Part shown: positions 51,035-61,983 of the stretch, piece by piece
Layout of the letters: each line of letters begins with the position of its first letter
Position numbering within the stretch: position 1 is the first letter of the stretch
DNA from: Lophium mytilinum
Taxonomy: Eukaryota
Assembly (NCBI GenBank): GCA_010093605.1
Contig: MU004184.1
Coordinates: 2,180,801 to 2,244,800, forward strand
Direction: 5' to 3'
Length of the DNA: 64,000 nucleotides
Notes under the pieces: model-generated
Seen by the model: the letters and a program-made list of their open reading frames with translations, nothing else
Database searches by the model: none
Told to the model about the DNA's origin: nothing
Program-made: the position numbers and the translations under genes

Positions 51035-51311
51035 TTAACATCTTCTTAAAATACGTTTGCTAGAACTTTTATAGAAATAAAATTATAATATTCTTAAGCT
51101 TTTATAACCTAATTAGCTATTTCTCTATAAATAAAGATAGAGCGCTAGAATGACTTCTTAGGCTACTGTAACTAATATAAGTGCTAGAAAAAAGGTTATA
51201 TACTAACTAAGAAGATAAATATTAATAATAGACTAGTACTAGTGATAGTTTGCTTTATAAGTAAGAACCTTTTAATAGGAAGAAAGCCTATTCTCTATTT
51301 CCTCTAAAAGA

Positions 51312-51572
51312 ATAGATAGTTATATATCTATATAAATAGATAGATAAATAGATAGATAGATAGATAGATAGATAGGTAGATAGATATATAGATAGATACA
51401 TAGATACATAGATATATAGATATATAGATAGATACATAGATACACAGATACATAGATATATAGATATATAGATATATAGATACATAGATATATAGATACA
51501 TAGATACATAGATACATAGATACATAGATACATAGATAGATATATAAATAGATAGATATATAGATATATAGA
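51312..51572. repeat. Compound microsatellite (TAGA)n / (TAGATACA)n / (TAGATATA)n
   Basis: Directly visible; it produces the spurious YLSI/YLCI ORFs. Confidence 0.95.
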
Positions 51573-52743
51573 GAAACAGGAAAAGTATTATATATATATA
51601 AAGAGACTATACGTAGTAGTAGTGTATGTAGTAATATAGATTAATACTTATGTATAAGCGGCATATAGTTAGCAATCATTCCTCTTCTTAATTATAGGGG
51701 TTAGCAATTTATTATACATTACTTTTCCTTCTTGCAAAGTCTGCCCTAGATAGTATAAAGGCTACAGCCTTATCTTTAAAATTATATAAGTTAGGTTATT
51801 ACCTTCTACTCTCTCTCTTTCTATAGTAAATATTAATATATGTACTAGGACGTGTTCTACCTTTTTTATACCCTGCGTAAAGCTATATAGTTCTTCTAGA
51901 ATATAGCATTACCCTAATAAGTTTATAGTAATATACATCTATAACCTGTTAAATATCGGGCTATATCCTGTTTAGCAGTTAACTTACAGGATTCTCTTTC
52001 ACGCCTGGGACTCAGGGAAAGAAACCTGGACTCAAGGTGGGTAACAATCTTGCCTTAGCAAATGTTTACACGCAATTTAATTAAGCTATAACTCCCTATT
52101 GCCTAGGTTCTATACACACTTTTTATACCTCGAGGTTATTTCCCTAGTGGCCAATTTTAAAATAGTGAGATTAGAGTCAAGCTAAGTACTGTATAGGCGA
52201 GCTGTATGGGCGAAGCTGGACTAGTCTCTTATCTCCCTCTTTTTAGAAACATATTAAACTAAGTTCAAGCAATAGTTGACTTAACTATTGCCCATTTAGA
52301 CACATACATAACCGGATAAAGATGGGGGTGGTGGTCCCTACAGAACCCCCCGCTTCAATGAACCAAATGTATGATTCGAAGACAGTCACTACCCCACCCG
52401 TAGAACGCAGGTGATCCAGTTGCAGATTGGATGCAAAGAAATAGGGTTGAAATAGCCTGATAGGGCGGAAGGAAATCAAAGTCTATCGTGCTATCCTGTC
52501 CGTGCTCTAGAAGATGTGTCTATAAGAATTCGAGTGGAAACAAAGGGAGAAGAACCCCCTGAGGGCCGCAATCGTTTCTGACCCTCAAGGTTGACATCCA
52601 GGCCACACAAAGTCAATGCTACTATGCCCAACAACCCACACACACTCCTGTCCAGAATAACTCAATTAGGGTATCCTATGCAGCTCCGAAACCTCACCAG
52701 ACTTTCCTCCTACCACGATTCTCGGGGGTCGGTGAGAACATCT

Positions 52744-54290
52744 TCAAGCTGAAACAGCCGCATGAATCCCCCCATGGGGGTGGCCCCGAGATGCACTTTG
52801 TTGAGCATGCTGTTGCGCAACAACCTCTCGGGCATAAAACTCGACTAGCATCGTACCATAAGCCTCCATCTCTTCCAAAGGTACAGCAAGCCGAAAATCG
52901 TTTAGTAGGAGAAACTGCAATTCCAGATGGTTCAGCTCAATTAACGGCAAACCTCCAACCTAAAAAATGTAAGTATGAATTCAGAGATGATGGAAGGTCC
53001 TGAGCTGCTTGCCTTTGCGTATCTTGAATTTGTGTAGAAGACGTCTGAGAAGAATTTGCTAGCGCACGTCACCCCAGCAATCACCAACCGGTGAATATTA
53101 AAGCTGTCAACGACAAAGAAGTGTGATAGGTTGTAAGGGTCAGACTCCAGTGCGGGTTCGATGTGATGGGGAGGGGATGGTGGATGAGCTTCTTGAATCC
53201 CGGGTTCAGCAGGTTTCCCCAGAGATCCTGACGGCGGAGGTGTGGCTGCTTGGGCTAATTGTGAGCTGGCATGTGGAGAAGAGTGCCCTGTTAAGTGGGC
53301 GGAAGAAATGGAGCTGTGTCGACTACCTTCACCGGCCTGTACACGCTCCAAGGACTGTTGATTGGCTTGTCGTAAACTTTGCATGGGCCCGGAATTGACT
53401 CTTTCGGTCATCCTGTCAAAGTACACTAAGAGGCTTAGGAAGACTTCGTATGTCGTCGGACAATATTTATGTATCCGACTCAAATAGCTCAAGATCGAGA
53501 TGCTTGGCACGTTTTTTCCATGGAAAGCTAATACGCTCGTGGTCTGCGGGCTGAGACCTGTCGTCCCTTCGGGAGGCGGAATTTGTCGATGCAAATGTTC
53601 ATGTTGCCTGTCGTTCGTCGTTGTTATCTTTGTTAACAAGCCAGCTACCATCTCAATTATGTCTGTAACCGGCATTTCACTAATTTCATACTGAGGGCCA
53701 ACGTCATTCGGGTCTCGCCGCTGTCGCCGCGATAACGACCTTGTCTGTGAGAAGGGGCTCGATTCATCGGTTGCAAAGCTCTGTATATGGGACAGGCTTT
53801 TCACTTTTATCCGCCGCGGAGAAGCGGCGACGGATTCAGCAGGTGATCGCAGAGGGTTCACTGGTGAGTGCTGGGTGGAGGAGGGCGTTGTAGAAGGTAT
53901 CGGCCGAGGATTGGCGAACGCATTCGCGTTTTGAGTAAAGGTAGGTGTTTGTTGCTGGGAGTGAGGCCTGAAACGCGGGCTAGGCGGCGGCTGTTGTGCC
54001 TGCTGAGTGGTGGTAATTTGTGGTGGTACCTCCCCGGCGCCTCGATGCTGCTGTGCATAAGAAGCGGGAGTCTCTGGGCCAGATGTGCCTTCTACGGGCT
54101 CTGCCATGGGGGTGTCTGCGGCCACGCGTGACGGCGGGTTTGCAGTCGCTTGCGGCGACGGACGCAATGGTGCTTGCGAATGGTGGATCGAGACTGCGGG
54201 GGATTCCTGCGGCTGGTGATGCGCGTTGGCACCAAACATGGTGTTGTGGAAGTGGAGTCCTCCAACCTCGCTGAGCACGACGGATCCCAT
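52744..54290 (-). CDS. Pho85 cyclin, Pcl6/Pcl7 (Pho80-like) family; GC-AG intron 52960-53012
   Basis: LAFHGKNVPSISILSYLSRIHKYCP..VFLSLLVYFDR, FVVDSFNIHRLVIAGVTCASKFFSDVFYTNSRYAK|VGGLPLIELNHLELQFLLLNDFRL. The start is taken at MGSVVL because an acceptor (CTAAT..TAG) lies just upstream. Confidence 0.9.
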
Positions 54291-55547
54291 TCCAGCCGCG
54301 GTGTCTAGCAAAGATTAGGGAATACGGTCAGCCTATGCACGACGCGGCAGCTACGCAGCTCGTGCGGAAGGAGAATGGACTCGACGAGGCCGCGGGGGCG
54401 GGCGATGGCAAATCGAGGGGGGGCTTGGAGGGGAGGTTGAGCACACTGCTGGAATATCGCGCTCGCATCAAAGCAGCGGAGACGGCGACGCGACGGGGCG
54501 GGCGCGACGCGGGTCGGCGGCTGAGTGGAATGGAGGGCAAGGCCGGTGGAATCGAGGCAGCGCCTGAACAGAGTTGGGGGCCGTGTTGTGGAGAGCGAGG
54601 AGGAGGCTGTTGGTGATGCGATAAGAGCCGCCACGCCGGAACTGCGCACTGCAACGAGAGAGGCGCCTCCCGTCTGTTGCTGGCACTCCTGGACTGATGC
54701 TGCCGTAGCCAAAGCGAATTGGACGGCAAGGCCGGGCTGCACGTGAAAAGGGCGATGTTCTGTCCGGCGATGTGGAGTGCGGTGTCGAGACGGACGTCAA
54801 GTCGACATTGGGTTTGGAGGGGGGCTCGCGTCATAAAGATAGGAGCGCCACGATTATTGTCTTTGTGCGACCTCACTCCCTGCCCGCCCGCTGCACAGCT
54901 GTTTCGTCCTGCACAGAGAGGCAGCGCTTCTACAATGCGTCAGACCGCCTGTCCTGAGCCCACTGGAAGCCCATTCTGAGCCCATACCTCGCACTGACGA
55001 CGAAGAAGCAAAACGCACCCCACGCGGATTCCTTTGTTACTAGGCAGGGGGCCTTCCGACTCCGAGTCCTTGCCCAGACGCCAGAGCGAGGCTGAGCAGC
55101 TGCTGGCCTCAAAGCCCACCAATTGGCTCGTTTAAAGATGTAATGAAGCACTGCATGATAGCAGACATTCGAGCATCGCAGTAGCTTGGCAGCGACGAAG
55201 GTAACTTGAGTCACGATTGACTATTGCGATCTCTCGTTGTATCTAGCTATGTACTCTTCTGTCACTCTTCCTAGTGCTCTTCTATCCTACTAGCAGTGTT
55301 TAGAGTTATTCCCCAAGTCGAAAACACCTCTTTTTGTAGCCCAGTAAGTCTGTGAAAGGTTTGCAACTATGAGCGCCGATGTCTTCCAGAGTATGCAAGT
55401 AGCTCAGCACCTTGTCGTTAGCAGATAAAGTGTATACAGAGCTATGCTGAGGCACTGCATGCATGTAGAGTCTGGCTGATCTACTAAACCGACTCCAGGA
55501 CGCCAAAAGCGGCACTCAAGCAATCCATCCCATGCCCCCAAGCTCCA

Positions 55548-56450
55548 TTAATTCGTTCCAGGCCCCTTGTACTGCTGATCCGGCAGATACAAGTGACGGT
55601 TTGCACCCTTCGCCGTCAGAACCACCATCCGAATCACACCTCCCGAGCTGCCGTCCCACTTGATAGCTTCTTGCAGGGCACCCTTGACGAAGTTCACGCC
55701 CTCCGCCTCTGTCATGTTGTCCTTCCAGTTAGCATCGCAGTAACCGTAGATGTACGTCGACCCCGAGCCACCAATGGCGTAGGGCTGCTTGTGTAAGGAG
55801 CCGCCTAGAGGAATCGAGTACACCTGGCCTCCATGCCTGCTGTCGTAGCCCGCAATGATCATGCCCGCCCTGTAGTAGTATCAACACCTGCTGTTTCGCG
55901 AAACACATATCCGGGATCCACCTACGTCAACTGGTCCTTGTTGTCGTAGCACAGCTCTTGGAACATTGCTGCGGCTGTCTGTGTTGTCGGGGGCTCGTCG
56001 TTCGTAATACCGTACATGCCCAGATGATAGTGCACAATGTCTGCGACGGCCTGAGTGTCGGCTGCGGAGCCTGATCGACAGCACCATATCGTGTCGTGGA
56101 CTTGAGTGAGCTTGTCCGTGACTCGATTCGCGATGTATGCGCCGGTTGTTGTTCTGCTATCCGCCCCTAATATGACGCCATCTCTGAAGTTGATGGCCAT
56201 GCTATCCAAGTGTCAATGTCCTGAGCGAAAGCAAACGGCGGATGCGGTCGAAGGTTGGCCTTACATGGACGTTCCTAGACTACAGCACTGGTCAACAATT
56301 ATCCCTTCCGACGAGGTGTGATGCCTTACTTCACCTCTCCTGTCTTCAGGTGGTTCATGTCGATATGGATGCCATCTGCAATTCATGAGCTCCAAGCCTC
56401 CTCGAGTTGCACCCACACTTACCTTCTCCGAGCATACCGGTGGGCTGCAT
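55548..56450 (-). CDS. PRE3: 20S proteasome subunit beta-1 (5 exons, 15-nt exon carrying the G/T cleavage site)
   Basis: [80 protein letters not shown]. Confidence 0.95.
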
Positions 56451-56916
56451 GGCGACGAAAGTCTCGGGCGATGTAGCTGTATTGGTAGTTTGGGAAGGGC
56501 TATATTGCGGCGGTGGAGGAACAGTAGGATGGAAGTCGTTGTTGGAAAGGTTGGAGTCCGCAGGCAACGCAGGATGCGCGTCTGCGTGAAGTCGAGCAAG
56601 CGGGTCCTAGCTTCGGCTACACGTGACCGCAGCACATAGAGCCCCAGTCTCTCCCCAGTCTGTCTTTTGTGCCACAGAGTGGCCGCCCAGTGAATGAAGT
56701 TGAGCACTGTCCAGCAGTCTTCTTGACACCAGCCCGGAGGACCCTGTGCATGGGCGAGTGTCTACAAAAGCTGTCGTCTTCCTACTCGGAATAGAGCTAG
56801 CACCTCCGCTTTTAGTCGAAGCAGGTGTATCTCTAGGTACTTCGTACCTCGTCCACCGCTTCTTCTTGTTCACCCATCATACCTCTCAATAGATTCCACA
56901 GAACCTTACAGCCGCC

Positions 56917-58163
56917 ATGTCGTCCGCCATAGATACCCTTCTGTCGTATTTGCGTGTTCCTGTCCTGGCGTCCTCTGGATTAGCGGCGGTGCTCAGTGGC
57001 CTCCTTTACTTCAAGCAAAAGTAAAGACTTCTACGACTGTGCCCCACGTACCCTTTCTGACACCCACCAGCGAGATCATCTACCCCCGAAACATTCCTCC
57101 CGGCTCGCGGACCGAAGTACCAAAGCCCCCTCAGTTTGGAATATCTGATTTCGAAGAACTGATGATTCCAACCCCCGACGGAGAGTCTCTGAGCGCATTC
57201 TTCATTCGGCCGTCCAACAAACAGCTTGCTATAAACACTACTATTTTGATGTTTCATGGAAATGCGGGGAACATTGGCTATCGACTGCCTATCGCGAAGG
57301 TTTTGGAACAAGACATGGGATGCAACGTCCTGATGCTCCAATACAGGGGCTATGGCCTCTCCACGGGCACTCCAAACGAGAAGGGTCTTATGATAGACGC
57401 ACAAACGGGCATAGATTATATCAGGAAGCGAGCTGAGCTGAGCGGTACAAAGATTGTACTGTATGGGCAAAGTTTGGGAGGTGCTGTTAGCATCGGGCTC
57501 GCAGCGAAGAACCAAAAGCAAGGTGACATTGCTGGAATGATCCTTGAAAACACATTTCTTTCGATTCGAAAACTCATTCCAAGGTAATCTCTGCAATTCC
57601 TTGGGAGCCGGTTGTGCAAGACTTACATGTACAGTGCCTTTCCCCCAGCCCGATACTTAGCGCCTCTATGTCATCAAATATGGCCGAGCGAAGACACTCT
57701 GCCACTTATCAACAGCATCCCTATACTGTTTCTGAGCGGCCTCAAAGACGAGATTGTCCCGTAAGTCCCTTTTGAGAATTATCAGCTGCTCTACAAAAGC
57801 TCCGATTGTCGTTCATGAAGATTGCATGGACGGACTTGCGCAACTTTGATAGGGCTGCAAGTCAACCTCGCGGGCTTTTGCAATATCAATGCCAGCGCGA
57901 GGAATACGTCAAGCAATCCCTCCAGAACGCAACTAGACATACGTTACATAACATGAAAGACACCCCTCTAATTTCTCCACTTTAGACCTTCGCATATGGC
58001 ACAGCTATACAAGTCATGCCGGGCAAGCACTAAGATCTGGCGAGACCTCCCAAATGGCACTCACAATGACACGGTTGCTGAGCCTGGATATTTCGAGTAC
58101 ATCGACGAGTTCCTCAAACAACACGTCATTCGATCTGAACCGATTCGACGTGCCAAGTATTGA
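56917..58163 (+). CDS. bem46: BEM46/ABHD13 alpha/beta hydrolase (4 exons; last intron 57761-57985 is long)
   Basis: N-terminal TM ..LLYFKQN|EIIYP, TPDGESL, FHGNAGNIGYRLPIA, YRGYGLSTG.PNEKGL..DAQ, YGQSLGGAV (GxSxG), LENTFLSI, LSGLKDEIVP|PSHM, GTHNDT. Confidence 0.92.
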
Positions 58164-59113
58164 GGATGACATATCACGACATGGATGGCAGTAAGTAAGT
58201 GAGAATATATACATAGTTCATGGCAATCCGGGCTCCGATACCCGCCAGCGTGTTCGGAGGATGATAAGGAGCGCGACCGGCCAACCGCAGAGTGATCTTA
58301 TATGATACCCAGCTACGTGTAGTAGTTAAGAGCTCGGCGGCATCATGGCTGTTTAGTAGCGGGTTAGGAACTCCAACAACGTCTATGCAATTGGATATCC
58401 AGTAAGACAGGCGTTTTCCGATACCGAGTACCCGCATAGCACTACACACATAGCGAAATTTCAATGTGCTCCGACTCGGTCTGGAGCTCTATCACACCTC
58501 AAACTACTCGCCAGTACGTCCAACGACCAAGGCTTTATTCAGCATCAAAGTCTAGTAATGATGATGTATTAGATTAGATCTTCTTTCCCGCGTGGGAATC
58601 ATTTGATATATACTTGCAAGCATCACTTCCGTTCATGTACAAGGTTTATTGAGGCTCTACCTCTTCGAGGCGGGCCTGCAGCGGACCGGCAGCGCGTACC
58701 ACTATCTACTGACCAAACGGAGGCCAGAGACCGTAGAAGCACCAAACAGCCAACCGATGGGCGCGGGGATAGTCGCCGATCTCCCGCCATTAGCGGCGGC
58801 CCGCAAATCATGTTCGTTCCTCGGAGTCGTCTTGACTCGTCGGAGAAAGGTACAAAAGCTAATTGTCATTCTAGGATCCGCACATCGTCATCGTTCTCCT
58901 TCCGGAGCTTCTAGTTCAACGCTTGCCCAACCATGTATGGTCAATGGGCTGTTAAGGACAATTTGTCATGCCTGCGTCAACGATAAATCACACTCATACC
59001 CGTTGATCTCTGATAGTTGTCTAAAATGATGCCGTTTTCCGACAGGGCCAGCTTATATTAAGTTGCTCCCCAAGAATACAAAGTCAATCATCTACGCTAG
59101 GTTCACTATCGCA

Positions 59114-60686
59114 ATGGCAATCATGCAATCACTAGCTGTTCTCACTCTCTTTGGACTTGCCGCTGCTAAACAGTGCAAGAATCTTACCATTCCCGTCGAC
59201 ATATCGGCTAAAAACGGCATATACAACGTCCCAGTTTTCACAAGCAACCAAGACGCTGCCACTTTCACTCAGAACTACACCAACGCTGAATATGGAGGAA
59301 AGTACCCAATGGCCGCACTCCTGGGCTATCAAACTGTGGAAGGCTCGTACAACATCAGCGCCCAGTTTTGCACACCTGACGCAATGAACGGGTCCCAGCC
59401 CGTTATTCAAGTTCTTACCCATGGGATTGGGTTTGACAAGGGGTAAGTTGCGCCGTCTACGGTAGCGCCGCATGCTGATCAGGTATGCTTAGTTATTGGG
59501 ATCTTCCCTTCAACAATTTCAACTATAGCTATGTCGATGTTCTAGTAGACTCGTATGGTTTCTGTACACTGAGTTATGATCGATTCGGCATTGGCAACAG
59601 CTCACATGGCGACCCTTACACTTTGATTCAGTAAGTCCCCCACCAATGGCCTAAAGTTTATGAGCCTAGAAGGGTATGTAGGTACACAACGAGACGAATG
59701 TACTGACTTTTCAGGGCACCTGCGGAAGTATCTGCTCTCCACCAGATCAACACCGGGCTTCGCAATGGAACCGTCGTTGGTATTCCTCACGCCTTCGAGA
59801 GGATCGTCAACGTCGGTCATTCTTTTGGTTCCCAGCAATCGTACATGCTGGCAACGATGTATCCAGATAGCACAGATGCTATCATCCTGACTGGCTTTTC
59901 ATTCAACAGTTCGTCCCTCGCCGCCACCCTGACTTCCTGGAACTCCAAGATTGCCCGCGAGAACCAACCTCTGCGGTTTGGAAGTACGACACCGGAAGAG
60001 ATTGAAGCTGTGCTTGATAGTGTAGGCATAAACCTCCAGAAGTTTAGTGCGGCAGCCAGCAACCTCAGCATTTCCTCTGGAGAGGCTATAGATATCTTAC
60101 GAACGACTGAGCTCTGGGACTTCATCGCCGGCTACAATGAAACTGCAGCCGCGCCTCCTCAAGATTTACCTACCGGTTACATCACGTGGGCAGACGTCTG
60201 GGCCAATCAATACGCCGTGAGTTTTGTACCATAGGTTGTACAATTTTTCAATGCTTATACCCAGCAGTTCCTCTATCCTACCAACATAGACCCCGAGATC
60301 TTATACTATTCCGAGCAAACCAAGCAACCTTACACGGTACGCTGTCTTAGGCTTGTCACTGCTGCGACATGCTAATCAATAAAATATAGGTTGGAGAGAT
60401 ACTAACTCTTGGAGGAACACCTGAAGTGTCGCCATTCAGTGGGCCTGTTCAGATAGTCACTGGCAACCAGGACGCGATCTATTGCAGCGGTGACTGCATG
60501 GCCACAGGCCTGCCCAGCGTCCCTTCAATTCCGGCGGCTGCTGGGGAGTACTTTCCAAATGCGAAGCCATTCAGCGCATATCTGCAACCAAACACTGGGC
60601 ATGCGATTAATTTGCATTATAATGCCACCGCCGCATACAGAGAGATTGGCGAGTTCCTGGTAGCGAATGGATTTAAGCCATCGTGA
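59114..60686 (+). CDS. Secreted alpha/beta hydrolase (multi-exon)
   Basis: Signal peptide; YNISAQFCTP, VLTHGIGFDK|.YWD, SYDRFGIGNSSHGDP, VGHSFGS (nucleophile), ILTGFS, TGNQDAIYC, TGHAINLHYNA. Confidence 0.88.
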
Positions 60687-61361
60687 GGATGAAATGTGCG
60701 GATAACACATGTAATACTAGACATGGACAGCACAATCATATATACTTATCTATGATTAAGGGACTAGTGACGTGAATCCCTCCGTCCTAGCTAATCTCGC
60801 GTCTTCCTAGGACAGCTAGGTCTACTCCTCGGAGCGCCCTCTTAAGGAAGAAGGAGGTGATGTAGGAGAGGAGCGGTGGCAATGTAGTGGCAATGCTGAG
60901 AAAGTGAATACTATTAGAAGGCTTCAAGAGCATAACAATAGCTGAATAAGGGGCAGAGATGCAGTATTACAGGCGGTAGTTCATAAAGTCCACACTTGAT
61001 AAGCAAGCTTATGTTAAGGATTCAGTATATTTATTATCATGCTAGGTATACTATAGTGTGTATATAAGCTAGTAGCATAGCTAGAGCATGTACTTAAGCT
61101 TTATATATAGTCTTATTTATAGAATTTTATATTTTAGAGAACACTAGTATAAATAGTAACTTAGTTAGAAGTTAAGCTATCTCTCTTTTCTTATTATTAT
61201 AAATATTATTATACTAACGTAGCTCCTATTAAATCTATATAGCTGGTCTATCTAGGCTAGTTTATAAGTAGAAACAGTTTACTACTTATAGTACTTAAAT
61301 AGAGCCCTATCTACTGCAGTATTTATATAATGCTAAGCACTCTTTTTATTATTATTATAAT

Positions 61362-61626
61362 TATAAGTTTTATAATAGTAGAAGCGTTATATACTTACGC
61401 ATAATACGCTTTAAAGCTATTAAATGGAATAAAACCGTAAACGTTTAAAGGTAATACAAGGAACATTAGATAATATTAGAATAATATTACAGAAGCATTT
61501 AATAATGCATTAAATAGCTTATATATAACTCTATTACTATAGTATAGAATAGAACTTAAGTAATATAAGTCCTATCTATCTATTTACTTATCTATCTATT
61601 CTTATACTAACTCTATACCTTTAACA
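61362..61626 (+). mobile_element. Third, heavily RIP-mutated copy of the LTR
   Basis: Aligns with 50267-50530 (TATAAG...TTAACA, with G>A at both termini). AACGTT units have become AACATT/AATATT. Flanks ATAAT/ATTAT form an imperfect TSD. Confidence 0.8.
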
Positions 61627-61904
61627 ATTATATTACTATTAGAGATGTATAGTATATCTATTCAGTCTACTATAGGATAAGCAATGCTAATATATTATTC
61701 TATATCTAAGTATATAATATTAGTCTTAGAATAGAATATAAAAATCTACCACTTTTTCTTCTAGAGTTTACACTTTAAGAATAGAAGGGAGTCAGCCTAT
61801 TCTCTTACTAAGCAATAATATAACTACTATAGTCTAGAAGTAGAATATACCTAAGAAGAGTTACCTTAGCTATCTTAAGATAGGTATTTATATTATATAA
61901 TATT

Positions 61905-61930
61905 TATCAAAAGTATAGAGTTAATGGAAG

Positions 61931-61972
<42 letters not shown>
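61905..61972 (-). mobile_element. Truncated fourth LTR copy (3' end plus TCTA tract only)
   Basis: The reverse complement CTATCTATCCTTCCATTAACTCTATACTTTTGATA matches the LTR end CTATCTATTCTCCCATCGACTCTATACCTTTGACA. Confidence 0.7.
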
Positions 61973-61983
61973 AAGGGACTTAC

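Larger units (their letters stand above)
50050..52290. mobile_element. AT-rich, RIP-degraded transposon relic island
   Basis: Abrupt drop in GC, excess TpA, depletion of CpA/TpG and no long ORFs; it hosts two solo LTRs and a compound microsatellite. Confidence 0.8.

Noticed and set aside
51288..51533. Three overlapping YLSI/YLCI-repeat ORFs
   Set aside because: Translations of the TAGA/TACA microsatellite.
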